DNA of 63,981 bases, the filler included, from Octopus bimaculoides (Eukaryota), in assembly GCF_001194135.2 (NCBI RefSeq). It is 4 parts of 4 records of this genome, joined end to end, with 100 filler letters (N's around TTAATTAATTAA, not from the genome) between each part and the next. Parts side by side here need not be neighbours in the genome. Positions count along the whole stretch, not along the records: positions 43,515 to 61,800 come from NC_068986.1; positions 61,901 to 63,981 come from NC_069006.1; 2 more parts are not named here. The stretch is one strand, 5' to 3'. Shown here in pieces: positions 50,651 to 63,479 of the stretch. Made by a program: the position numbers and the translations under genes. Under the pieces are notes generated by a model, which was not told where the DNA came from, did no database searches, and saw only the letters and a program-made list of their open reading frames with translations. Numbering within the stretch: the first letter of the stretch is position 1; the number at the start of each line of letters is the position of its first letter.

Positions 50651-51437
50651 GTAAGTCTCCTTGATCATTGAATACCATTTCAGATGGATATAAAATTTAA
50701 GTCACTGGATAAATAAATAAATAAATAAATAAATAGATAAATAAATAAATGAATTGATTAAGTGGTGGTGATGGGGAGAAAATTGCTGCAAAGAAATCCA
50801 ATGAAAATTTAAGGAATATTTTTTTTTGTCTTGATTTGTGATCAATTTAATTCATATTTCTTAGCATAAAAGAAAAAAAAAAAATCTAGATTTTTAGTCT
50901 TTGGTTCATTTATTGATCTTCAACTTATAGTATTAATTGCTGGCAATATCTCATGAATATAAGTTAATAATGTTTCTATAACGTTTTATATATATTTTAT
51001 CATTTTATTTTTTTTTCAATTTTTGGGGGTTTTAATACAGCAAATGAAATTTATCACACAATGTTGCATTTTAATTTGAGATTAAAAAGCCCCATTCTGT
51101 TTATATTTTAAAAGATGGATAAAAAGGGTTAAGAAAAAAAAAAACCATAAAATAAATTAAGAAAACTTTATCTAAAGTGGCATGCATGCTAGGGTCAGGT
51201 GACCCCTGGTCTTAAAAATTACATTTAAGTCAATCATTTTACAAACAATCGTTATTAAACAAATACATTCATGCACACAGAAGAAAAAAAACCAAAAACA
51301 AATAAACAAAACAAACAGAAACAACTCAACAAACAATTATATGTGTTATGTATGTATGTGTGTATAATTTGATGTAAATATAAATTATTTCTATCAGATG
51401 ATTAAAATAATACAAACAAAAGAAAATAAGTTAAATA

Positions 51438-51557
51438 TTATAAATATGGGTGTTGGAGTATTTGGTTCACTAGCAGAATGTTAACAGAGCAGTTCACTAT
51501 GGTAACTCCAAGACTGTTATTTCCTATCACATATACTCTCCTCACGGAGGTCACCAT
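51438..51557 (-). CDS. Putative terminal coding exon
   Basis: Acceptor CCTACCTCTTGTCTGCAG. Phase 0 gives MVTSVRRVYVIGNNSLGVTIVNCSVNILLVNQILQHPYL*; phase 1 gives (D)GDLREESICDRK*. It lies inside a 92-aa ORF and is followed by AT-rich UTR-like DNA with AATAAA-type signals. Confidence 0.3.
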   Translation of the reverse strand: MVTSVRRVYVIGNNSLGVTIVNCSVNILLVNQILQHPYL

Positions 51558-52254
51558 CTGCAGACAAGAGGTAGGTTGGTGCAGAATTATTATTAACAAG
51601 TAAAAGAAAGAAGGGTGTCTGTAACGTAGCTTTAACATTTTACTAATACATTGATCATAACGTGATCGTGATGTAGATGATGACATAAAAGTGTCCCCAG
51701 CTAACGAAATAGTCACTTAACAAAAACAGATTATGTATACTCAATAGTCAATTTTATTTACTCAGATTAACTAAATTAGTGAGAAGATGATGCTGAATGC
51801 CTCCTATCAAAAACTATTGAACATAAAAAAAATTTTGACTGCTTTCACTCTCTCATTTGTCTATATTTCTCCAGTCTCACTATAATTTACATCTCTCAGT
51901 CATTCTTCTTCTAGCTCTCACACTTCTCTTACAATCTTCATTTAACCCTACCTCACTCTTCATTTTTCTTCTTCTTTATCAATAAACTCATTATTTCATA
52001 AACAATGTTTGAACAAATAACAGAAAACATAAAAGTAACAAAACAACTTCAGCAATTACTTAATAATAAAAAAGCAAAACAACTGTCATTAATTATTGAT
52101 TTCTTACTTTCATTAATATTGATTCCTTATTGTTAATTAAAACAAAATATAGGAAAACAAACAATAATTGTTTCCTCAAGGAAAACTTTGATAATTTTTT
52201 ATAAAACCTGCTTCTAATTGCTTCTTTGTTAGTTTGTTTGTTAATAATGATTTT

Positions 52255-52331
52255 TTACTTTGGTTCAAAATCAATATGGTTTTCAGGAAAGAATATTGTT
52301 ACATGCAGGGATCTTTTTCTTTTAATTGAAC
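52255..52331 (-). CDS. Putative exon (terminal, or 29 nt if the donor at 52302 is used)
   Basis: Strong acceptor CTTCTTTGTTTTGTCTCTTCAG. Phase 1 reads (G)SIKRKRSLH|VTIFFPENHIDFEPK*. Confidence 0.35.
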
Positions 52332-52839
52332 CTGAAGAGACAAAACAAAGAAGTCCACCCTGATGGGATTTGAACTTTCAGAGACATAGAAGGGACAATG
52401 TTAAATGCTGTAAAGTTTTCAGTACTATAATATTGCTCCTGCCATTTCACCATCCTTGTTTTGTGAATTATAATAATTTATATATGATATACTATATTTG
52501 TCTGTTTTTATATGCTGTGTTTATGTGGAATACTACTGGCATAAACCCTTGCTTATGACAAACAGAGTGAGATGGTTTAATTGGTGAATAAGGGAGGTAA
52601 TTCATATGTAACTTTTGAAACTATTCAAAAAACTTAATCATGTGGTTTTTAAAATAAAGAAATATTATTGCATTTGATCTTTTCTATATATTTTAGACAT
52701 GTCTTCACAATAGTTGAAATAAATATGGTAATTAGAAATAATGTTGATGGAAAAACATTAGAGAAAATTTATAACTATAAAGAAATCCTATCTAGAGAAT
52801 TTGACTGAAAAAGCCATCATTGATGGTATGGCTACATTA

Positions 52840-52845
52840 GTAGTG

Positions 52846-52890
<45 letters not shown>

Positions 52891-52914
52891 ATAGTAGTAG
52901 TAGTAGTAGTAGTA

Positions 52915-52954
<40 letters not shown>

Positions 52955-52975
52955 TGATAATAATAATAATAAGAT
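52840..52975. repeat. Compound (GTA)n(TAA)n microsatellite
   Basis: Direct inspection. Confidence 0.95.
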
Positions 52976-53199
52976 GAAAACAATTGTAACAATTTCTTAC
53001 ATAGGTATAAAACCTGAGTATATATATATATATATATATATATATTTTTTTAGGGAAACTGGAAAGTTGTGATGTTCATATTCCTTGTTAAAATATTCAT
53101 GTCATAAATAAGAGTGAATAATATTAAACTGGGATTTGAAACTGGATTGTGGAGGAGGTATTATGTCAAAAACTTACCCCTGACTACTGCACTATAGTG

Positions 53200-53473
53200 T
53201 CTGCTATATTAATAACAATTACATTGGCATAACGTCGTGTGTTTGTAGTAGGAGGAAGTATAGTCAACTGGATTGATTTCAGGGCATGTTTGATACTAAT
53301 CGTATTGAATTTGGAAGGATGAAAGGCAATACTGATCCTGAAGGGGGAGGGAATTCAAACTCAGGATATGGAGAGAGAAAATTAAATACTGTGAGACATT
53401 CAGTCTAGCTCCAGCTGTTTACTATTTCTGGATCTCCACTGTAAGACAATTTATTTAGTACAGATACTATTAT

Positions 53474-53512
<39 letters not shown>

Positions 53513-53734
53513 CCTTTCTGCTAAAGGCACAAGGCCTGAAATTTGAGGGGAGTGTACTAGTCAATTACATGAACCCCCAGGTATTTCAATGATACTTAAT
53601 TTATCAACCCCAAAAAGATGAAAGGTAAAGTCGACTTTGGCAGAATTTGAACTCAGAATGTAGTGACAGGCAAATACTGCTAAGCATTTCATCCAGCATG
53701 CTAATGATTCTGCCAGTTTGCCACCATAATAATG

Positions 53735-53782
<48 letters not shown>

Positions 53783-53870
53783 TTTTCTATAATAGGCACA
53801 ATGCCTGAAATTTTGGGAACTCACAATATTCAAAATAATCTTTTCTACAATAGGCACAAGGCCTGCTTTC
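53200..53870 (-). mobile_element. SINE B copies embedded in (TAA)n
   Basis: Decayed copy ~53200-53410, intact copy ~53512-53727 bracketed by (TAA)n, two 3'-end stubs ~53785-53865. Confidence 0.85.
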
Positions 53871-54939
53871 CACTCACAAGTTTTAAGCATTATCATTATT
53901 TACGATCATTACAAATTACTTAAAAAAAAAGTCTTTCTCATCTCAAATCTTACATGAAAGTTGTGAGTGAGCATCTCATAAAAATCATGTCACACTGTTG
54001 CATGAGGTCATGTTGCACTGTGACACGAACATTATGTTTTAAAATTACATGGAGGTTATGTCTCACTGTCAAGGAAGTTAAGCAACAGTATCACATGATG
54101 GTCATGTCACAGCATCACATGAAGGTTATGCCACAACTTAAAATAACATACAACAGTGTAGTAGAATTTGACCAGCAAAAATCTTCTTTTGTTTCTAGAG
54201 TATTTGAATTCTTGCTCATCAGTTGTTGTAGCTTAATCCCATGTCAACCCTGTTAGAGTAAATCAACAAAGACATTCCTGCCATGACCATCCATATATAT
54301 TTTTTTTTCAGACATAGTGTAGCTAAGATCACATTATCCAATGTCTGATTCTGTCTTTTCTGATGGTAGTTTAATTTTGCTACTATTTCCAGCAGATGGA
54401 GTGACTAAGAAACAGTTGGCTTGTAGTCTGCCAGTTAATCACTGGAGCAGTGCTGTCAGTAGTTGTCTTCATAACCTGTGAAGTATGTAGTCAACTATTG
54501 CTACTATTTCTATACACTAATAGTAACACTCTGATTCTCTTTGCTTTATTTTACAAATAGTAGAAATGAAATTATTGAGTGAGTAACGTATTGGATTAAC
54601 TGCTTATAGGCTGTGAGTTTATAACTTGCTTTGAGCATTTCTTTATATTTCTGGATATAACATCTTATACCAGTTGTTCTTTATTTGACACACTATAACC
54701 CCCGACTCCCTTTCCAATATTGAAATTTTTTGTCCTCATCCTCTCCATCTTTATTAAAGAGGAAATAAAATGGTGTTTCTTTCTTCACCATGGTGTTGGA
54801 AAAGTTTTAAAAGAAGTTTAAAACTATATTAATTTTATTAAACATAGCAATTTGTCCCCTGACTTTTTGGTCCTCACAGCCACCTCCAATCCCAAGGTTC
54901 TAGTCTGTCATATAAGAAACATTGCCTTCTCTCAGTTCA

Positions 54940-55110
54940 GTCAGGGTTGCTGAGCAGTGAACTAGTTGGCAGATTTGCAAGAGCATTAGTACATAATGCT
55001 CAGTGTTATTAATTTGTTCTTCCTTGACATTCTGAGTTCTGATCCTATTGAGGTCAACTTTGCTTTCATTTCTTTAAGATAGATGAAATACCAGTCAAGT
55101 ACCAGGGTCA
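54940..55110 (+). mobile_element. SINE B, decayed, plus orientation
   Basis: ttggcagatt.gcaagagc...ttctgagttctgatcc..tgaggtcaactttgctttcat. Confidence 0.65.
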
Positions 55111-55136
55111 TACTTCCTCCTCCTCCTGTCTCTCAC

Positions 55137-55526
55137 TATTTCTGAATTGGCTACATGAAAGGAGTTAAGAAATGAGTCTTCACATTATGGCCCTACCAAA
55201 GAACCCCAGGATTGCAATTTTTTTTCTATTTTGTATTACTTTTTGAAGAATTTTTGTAACATGTTTAATTAAATTTTTACTCTATAAATAACAAATATAT
55301 GAATGTGTAAGTTCTTTTTTGTACATAAGTGAAATTATGTACAAAAAAGAAGTTACACATTCATATATTTGTTATTTACAGAGTAAAAATTTAATTAAGC
55401 ATGTTACAAAAATTCTTCAAAAAGTAATACAAAATAGAAAAAAAAATGCAATCCTGGGCTTCTTTGGTAGGGCCATAATGTGAAGACTCATTTCTTAACT
55501 CCTTTCATGTAGCCAATTCAGAAATA
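55137..55526. repeat. Long inverted repeat/palindrome (192-bp arms, 6-nt loop)
   Basis: 55137-55328 is the reverse complement of 55335-55526, with 5 mismatches counted by eye and no net indel. Loop GTGAAA. Confidence 0.95.
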
Positions 55527-56984
55527 AACAAAACATTTCTAAATTTTTAAAACTGCAAGAATAGATTTACTCTGTCCTATAATTGATGCATTATTATGTA
55601 TAATTGTCAAAACGAAACATATAGAAATATGCTCCAAATCATTAAATTTACTCATTAATAGGTTTCAAATTGAATAATAATAATAAATAATAATAATAAT
55701 ATGAAATCTTTCTTCTACTATCTTAGAGCCACACTTCCATAGGGGGTGAAATAGTTTTTAACAAATTCACAGATATTTTCATATTGTTTGGAGTGTCTGA
55801 CATTACAGCTGGATGCCATTTCTATAACTAAACAATAAACAAAGAAGAGAAAAAAATGTGATCTATTTATCAGTCCATAAGACAAAGGCAAGTATAGTTG
55901 TAGCTTGTTAGAGGGAACAAAGCAAGAGCACTTATAATTGTATTTGAACTGAATTCATGATCATGTGGTCAGTACTCATGATTCTTGAAAATTACAGCTA
56001 TTGTATTACATAGGTAAGAAAAAAAAACAAAAACGAAACAACTAATAAACAAGAGAGAAAGAGAGGAAGGGGAAAGAAAAGAGATGGAGCAGGAAAGAGA
56101 GACTGTGCATATGTGTATGTGGGAAAGAGAAAGAGGTTTATATACTTACAGTTTTAGTACATGTGTGAAACAGAAAACCAACAAGAGATAGATAGATAGT
56201 TAATAGCTAGATAGATAGATAGATAGACAGGGAAAGAGAGAGGAAGAGAGAAGGAAAGAGAGAGAGAGAGACAGAGTTAGAAAGGTTGAGAAAGGCAAGA
56301 GAAATAGAGAGGTAGAGGATAGGAGAGAAATGAAGGGAGAGAGAAAGAGAGTTTTGTTGTCGGAGAGAAATAGAAATATATACCTTATGTGTTATTGAAA
56401 AGTATTCTTAACAGAATTATTTGTGTTAAAAAAAAAATTAACAAAAATTACAAAATGTAAAATGTGCGCATATGGAAAATTTAATTTAACACATCTTTAA
56501 TACATGATGCCATTTACAACAACAACAACAATGAAGTATAAAAAGAATAATAACAGTGATATCATAACATAAACATGCGGTCAAATTTTTTCAAAGGGAG
56601 GTTGATTTTTGTCATTTGAATCTATTCCAGTATATTACCAGTATTTACTTCTTTTATTGACCTAGGAGGGATTTCAACTCAGAAAATAGAAAGGAACCAG
56701 AGAAAACTAAATGCTCCAAGGAGCATTTTAGTTTTGCAGTTCATTTCTTCTAACAACAACAACAATGATAATAATAATGGTTTCTGTGGAATGAGACAAT
56801 TGAGCATGGCTGTTTGGATGCTGGCTATTATGCATGAGCAATTAGACATAGAACCTGGTTCAGCAACAGTATTTTCTAGGGACTGGAGTCAGGCGTACAC
56901 AAACATACATACACATGCAGAAATATGCATACAGAGTAAGAGAGAGAGGGAATGAGAGAAAGAGAGACACTACAATTCATTAAT

Positions 56985-57905
56985 TGGTTTCAAATTTTGG
57001 CACACGGCCAGCAATTTCAGGGGAGGGAGTAAGTTGATTACACTGGCCCCAGTGTTCAACTGGTACTTATTTCATCAACCCTGAAAGGATGAAAGGCAAA
57101 GTTGACCTCAGTGGAATTTGAATTCACAATGTAAAGACAGAAGAAATGCTGCTAGGCATTTTGTCTGGTATGCTAATGATTCTGCCAGCTTACCACTGAA
57201 TTATAATTTATTAAACGAACACGATTAGCATAAACATTTTCCCTCTCCTCATATGCATAAAAAGAAATATGCTCACACACATGAATGGAGAGAGAAGGAG
57301 AAATGAGGAGAGAGGGAGAAAGATAGAGAGAGAGATATATATATAGAGAGAGAGATAGAGAGAGAGGGAGAGAACAAGAGAAATGTTAAAACATCTGATG
57401 CTAAATAAATTAGTGCCGAAGCAGCCATGTCAAATAATGGTTGTGCCAAAACGTCTCATATCTTGGATTCTGATTTTGGCACAAGGCCAGTAATTTTAAA
57501 GGGAGGGATTTAGTTGATGTCAAAGACCCAAGTACTTAACTTTATCTTATCAACCCCAAAAGGATGAAAGGCAAAGTTGACCTTGCCAGAATGTAATGAA
57601 CTGGAAGAAATAATGCAGAGCATTTTTCTGATGCTCCGTTGATTCTGTCAATCAAATGACCTTAATATGAATAACCGTTTTAGTAATTGTTTCTAATTTA
57701 GACACAAAGCCAGCAATTTTGAGAGGAAGGGGAGCTTGTTGATTGAATTGACCCCTGTACTTGACTGGTACATTTTATTGACCCTGGTGGGGGATTAAAG
57801 GCAAACTTGACCTTGGTGAGATTTAAGTCCAGAATGTAAAGAGTTGGAAGAAATATCACAAAACATTTGGTCTAACACTCTAACGATTCTGCCCATCCAC
57901 CATTC

Positions 57906-57940
<35 letters not shown>

Positions 57941-59570
57941 GGAATGAACAAAACAGAACAATAATAATTTCAACAAATATAAAAGGTTTTTAACAGTGAT
58001 GTTAATATCATTAATAGTGGTAGTGGTAGTAATATAACACAGTCAATATTTATAATCAGAGTAATAGGATGGCATTATTATTAGTATTATTAATAGTCAT
58101 AGAAGTAATGATAATGGTGGTTGTGGTGGCAGTAGTAGTAGTAGTAGGAGTAGTAGTAGTAGCAGCAGCAGTAGCAGTAGTTGTTGTAGTAGTAGTAGTA
58201 GTAGTAGTAGTAGTATCATCATCCTTCATAAGCATAAAAACTCGAGCTTTTAAAAACTTTTAGGTGACGACAGAGGGCGAAGAAATGGTGACTGTAATCG
58301 CTTAACCAAAGGCGTAAAGTCATATTAATATCAATAATAATGATGGTGATGAGGAGGAGGATAACAGCTGTAACAATAACAATTACATAAGTGATGAGGA
58401 TGATGATGATAATAACAGCAACAATAACAAATGTAACAACATTAACATCTGTAATAATTTCCTTATTTAAATAATGATTTCTTACAAATTAAATATTAGT
58501 TGTAATAACAAAGATATCAATAGTTCTCATAATGACACTGAAAATTATATTGTACCATATTACTTCATTATTATCTATAACAATAATAAAAAAAATATAA
58601 TGATAATGATAATAATAATAATACTGGTTTCAAATTTTGGCAAAAGGCCAGCAATTTTGGGGAGGGGTAAGTCAATTACATTGACCCCAGTGCTCAACTG
58701 GTACTTATGTTATCAACCCTGGAAGGTACCTAAAGATGGATGAAATGGCATTAAGCATTTTTCCCAGCATGCTAATGATTCTGTCAGCTTGCTGTCGTAG
58801 AGTCAGAATGAATACTGGCTTCAAATTTTGGCACAAGGCCAGCAATTTCGAGGGAGGGGGGGATAAGTTGATTACATCAACCTCAATACTTTACTGGTAC
58901 TTATTTTATCAACCCTGAAAGGATGAAAGGCAAAGTCAACCTCAGCAGAATCTGAACTCAGAATGTAATGACAGACGAAATGCCGCTAAGCATTTTGCCT
59001 GGTGTGCTAATGATTCTGCCAGTTCGCCGACTTGGAGTCAGAACAAATATTGCAAGGCATTTTGATTGATGCTCTAATAATTCTGCAAATTTACCTTCCT
59101 CTAATAATCCTCAATAATATAGGCACAAAGCCTGAAATTTATAGGGAGGATGCTAGTTGATTATATCAACCCCAGGACTTTAACTGGTACTTATTTTATA
59201 CACCCTGAAAAGATGAAAGGTGAAGTTGACCAATGTAGATATGGACGAAATGATACTAAGTATTTTGTCTGGTGTGTTAATGATTCTGCCAGCTTATTAC
59301 CTTGCAATAATAATAATAATAATAATAATAATAATCAAAATAATAATAATGATAGTTTCAAATTTTGCCACAAGAGCAGCAATTTTGGGGGAGGGGATGA
59401 GTCAATTACATCAACCCCAGTGTTCAACTGGTATTTATTTCATCAGTTCCTAAAGGATGAAAGGCAAATTTGACCTTGGTGGAATTTGAACTCAGAACGT
59501 AAAGACAGGTGGAAATGCTGCTAAGCAGTTTGACTGGCTTGCTAACAATTCTGTCAGCTAACTGCCTTAA
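56985..59570 (-). mobile_element. Cluster of about 7 near-complete co-oriented SINE B copies plus a fragment, separated by simple repeats
   Basis: Copies start near 56990, 57470, 57695, 58628, 58818, 59120 and 59355, each ggtttcaaattttggcacaaggccagcaa...gattctgccag. Confidence 0.9.
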
Positions 59571-61900
59571 TAATAATAATGATGATGACGATGATTAGTA
59601 ATTAACAACTTTTAATGAGAGATTTTTATTTGATGAAAAAAAAAAACACAAACCTAATATTTGTAAGAAGAGAGATTTTGGTAATTTGAATTCTGATCCC
59701 ACTCCCAAATCTACTATCAATTCGAGAGGGATGAAAAGCAAAACTGAATACAACAAAGTTAAAAAAAAAACAAAAAAACAGAAACAAAACACCAACGTAA
59801 GATAACATTGTTCAGAGCAGTGAGGTACAAACTAAAAGTCTAAAAGCAACTAGACCAGCTCTCTATGTACTGTGTGTACCAAATTTCTTATGTTATAATA
59901 GAAAATGTGGTGATACTATCATTTGTTTCTTCAAATGTAATATTAATTTGTAATTATCAATAGCTGTTGTGAGAGGTGATTAATATTATTTGTGCTTCAA
60001 TTCATGAAATTTTGTTTATTTATTCAAGATATTTTTGAATTATTTGAATTTGTTATGAAAGTATATCAGGATAAGTTTTGCCTTTTTATTTCTGTGTTTT
60101 TGTTCTTTTCATTTTATTGTTTATTATTATTATCTTTTTTACTTCTCTCCTCTAAAAATCTGACCGAGACAGACACATAAAACTGATAGAATATCATGAA
60201 GGGTTATTGCCAAATACATCAGTGAGTTATTATTTCTAGAAGTAAAAAAAAAAAAGAATGAATTCAAGAAACAAAAATAAAACAAAATAAAGACAGGACC
60301 AATAAATAAAACAAAATAAGAACTGAAACTTGCTAAAAACACCCTGAAAGACCAACCAATCATCCAACCAACCAACTAACCAACCAGCCATCAAATAAAC
60401 AGTCAAACAAACACAGTGAATTAGTTGTTGATGGTTATTGCATTGCACAAATTCACTAAACATGTAGTCTGCATGACTCAATGGCAAAACTAGAGCAATC
60501 AGTAGTCTCTTAACATTAACAAGGTATCATTGCTCTTTAATGATTTCACAAGATCATTTTTATATTCATTTTTTTTTTTTATATTGCAGCAACCTTCTAT
60601 GAATTTACAGAAACTCTTCTGGCCTAAAAAAAAAAAAAAAATTACACCTGCCATTTTCTGAAAAAATTAATTTCTTTCTGTGCTTTTATTTTTTTGAAGT
60701 TTTAGAATAACTATTTTGAATTATACCATTATTATAGTAACTTTTTAATGAATGCCATGGTAATCTAGTTTTGCCATTGATTGAATTATTTCCATTGTGT
60801 TGGAATCCACCACTAAAATATCTAAAAGAAAAAAAGAAACGCCCAATAACCAATTTAATGTTTAATGTCCAAAACTAGTTACTTGTCACTTTTGGGACAT
60901 GTTTAATTTTCAGAGAGAAAAAAAAGTTAGAATAAAATAGGGTTTAACATATACATAAAAATGTTGCTTAATCTATTTGAAGGTATTAAAAAAACCCATA
61001 CAAAACAAACAAATGATGAAGAAGAAAATTATTAAACATGATTCAATATATGTCGTTAGGAACAGTTGTGGTGGATATTTTATAATATGAAACTTTTTTT
61101 CTTTTTTGGTGAGTATGATTCAAAGGAAAAGTCAAAAGTCAAAGTTTAGTTTATAATTTAATATGGTGTTCATGAAATAATTATCTGATAGTATGTAAAA
61201 TGATCATATCATACAGTTAACGATGTTATTGTGTTGGTTGTTGTTCTTACACTGTAAGCAGTTAATGCATACACCCGTATTTGCATCTACGTTTGTTGGT
61301 AACAGATTGTGGAAGGGAATCATTTTCTCTAGGCATACATGTGAATCTTCCAACTGCAAGCATACTGCTTACTGCCAAAGGAATTATTTTTTTGGGTTTT
61401 ACTCGATTAAATATTAACATTCTGAGTAAAATAATCTAAGATTTTTTTGGTTTTTTTTTTCCATAGAAATCAATTGATTTCAATAATTTTAAAATATGTT
61501 TTTTTTTTGTAAATGATATTTTTTCAGCTTGTTTAGGAATTTTAGTCTGGACATAGGATATTAAATTTTAATGGCTAATTAATAATATAAATACCAATTT
61601 AATTTTTTTTAATAAAAGTTTTTCTTAATTTTACATTGCATATAAATCTTCAATTATCAATGATTTTCACTGTAAAATCTATAAATTTGATCAGATTGAA
61701 CATGGAAGATAAATAAGAGACCAATTTTTTCATTTTCATGGATTATTTTGTAATATTTTCCCCCCATTTTCCTTTTTACTTCAATTAAACTTGGCTTAAG
61801 NNNNNNNNNNNNNNNNNNNNNNNNNNNNNNNNNNNNNNNNNNNNTTAATTAATTAANNNNNNNNNNNNNNNNNNNNNNNNNNNNNNNNNNNNNNNNNNNN

Positions 61901-61968
<68 letters not shown>

Positions 61969-62019
61969 GTACTATGCATTTATGTATGTATGTATGTATG
62001 TATGTATGTATTTGTGTTT

Positions 62020-62210
62020 GTTCTTGTACCCTGCCACTACACCAGAACTGGTGTTAGTTAATTTGCGTCCTCGGAGTAATTCGGCAAAAGGGACCGATTG
62101 AAAAAAGTGTCAGACTTACAATTAATTACGTGGCTCGATTTGTTCCACTAATAGCCTATAAGGCGGTGATCTAGCATGGCCGCAGTCCAATGATTGAAAC
62201 AACTAAATGA
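62020..62210 (+). mobile_element. SINE A 3' half
   Basis: ggtgttagttaatttgcgtcc...cggcaaaagggaccgat...ctagcatggccgcagtccaatgattgaaac. Confidence 0.75.
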
Positions 62211-62404
62211 AATATGAATTGCAAAAAGGAAGAACTAATATTAATAATTATTGCCTTCCCTGGGCTTCTTTTAATACTTAGCATGTACCACGTCACGACA
62301 GCGTTGTTGTTCTTTTCTTTTTCTTTTTTTGTTATATATATATGTGTATACCCTCTTTGCTACTACACACACACAGCTACTAGTGATACTAATAGTAGAT
62401 ATGA

Positions 62405-62706
62405 CAGCATCTACTACTACAAGGGCTATTACTACCAGTACTACTTCTACCAGAAATACCACCAATACGACCAATTTTACTATCGAACATAGATCTCTCG
62501 TTAGTACAAATATAGCTGCATCAGCGGCATCAACAGCTACTACCACTAATACTACAACTACCAAAAGAACTACCACCAGATACTACCGTTTTTTACTACG
62601 ACACATACAATTGCTGTTAGTGCTAATATGGCTACTTCAAAAACAACGCACAACTGCTCTTACATCTACCACCACCACCACCACCACCACCACCACCACC
62701 GACCAC
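62405..62706. repeat. Degenerate (ACT/ACC)n low-complexity tract
   Basis: actact/accacc runs continuing into the gap. Confidence 0.8.
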
Positions 62707-63479
62707 NNNNNNNNNNNNNNNNNNNNNNNNNNNNNNNNNNNNNNNNNNNNNNNNNNNNNNNNNNNNNNNNNNNNNNNNNNNNNNNNNNNNNNNNNNNNNN
62801 NNNNNNNNNNNNNNNNNNNNNNNNNNNNNNNNNNNNNNNNNNNNNNNNNNNNNNNNNNNNNNNNNNNNNNNNNNNNNNNNNNNNNNNNNNNNNNNNNNNN
62901 NNNNNNNNNNNNNNNNNNNNNNNNNNNNNNNNNNNNNNNNNNNNNNNNNNNNNNNNNNNNNNNNNNNNNNNNNNNNNNNNNNNNNNNNNNNNNNNNNNNN
63001 NNNNNNNNNNNNNNNNNNNNNNNNNNNNNNNNNNNNNNNNNNNNNNNNNNNNNNNNNNNNNNNNNNNNNNNNNNNNNNNNNNNNNNNNNNNNNNNNNNNN
63101 NNNNNNNNNNNNNNNCCACCACTACTACTACTACTGACTGTCCATATTCTCTTCTCCCACTTACAGATATTCTGAAGGGCACATTCTGCAAAACATTCTC
63201 AAGAAATTAAGTAGATTTTGGAGGCGTAAGAGTATGGAATTGGTGAAATTGACTGTAAAATATGGGGACGGGGTGGGGGAGGAAACTAAGTTTGGGACAG
63301 GGTGTACTAAGATGTTTCCTTTTGTTTTTGTTTTTTTTTGTTTTTTTTTTTCGTTTTCTTGTTCTTCTTGCCGGCGGTATATAAGATGTATGTCTATGCT
63401 TTGGTGTGTGTTAGAGCTGGTACGTTTTATTGGTATGAAGTGGGCCTTCGTTTTATGTACGATGCAGCGACTTATGCAT

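Noticed and set aside
56985-59570. Repeat-spacer appearance suggesting a CRISPR-like array
   Set aside because: The units are ~200-bp diverged SINEs with irregular spacing in eukaryotic DNA, and there are no cas genes.
59602-59796. Lys-rich open frame on the plus strand
   Set aside because: It is driven by poly-A runs and has no start or splice context.
62329-62706. Thr-rich mucin-like ORF
   Set aside because: It is a translation of a degenerate (ACT/ACC)n tract, with no splice or signal-peptide support.
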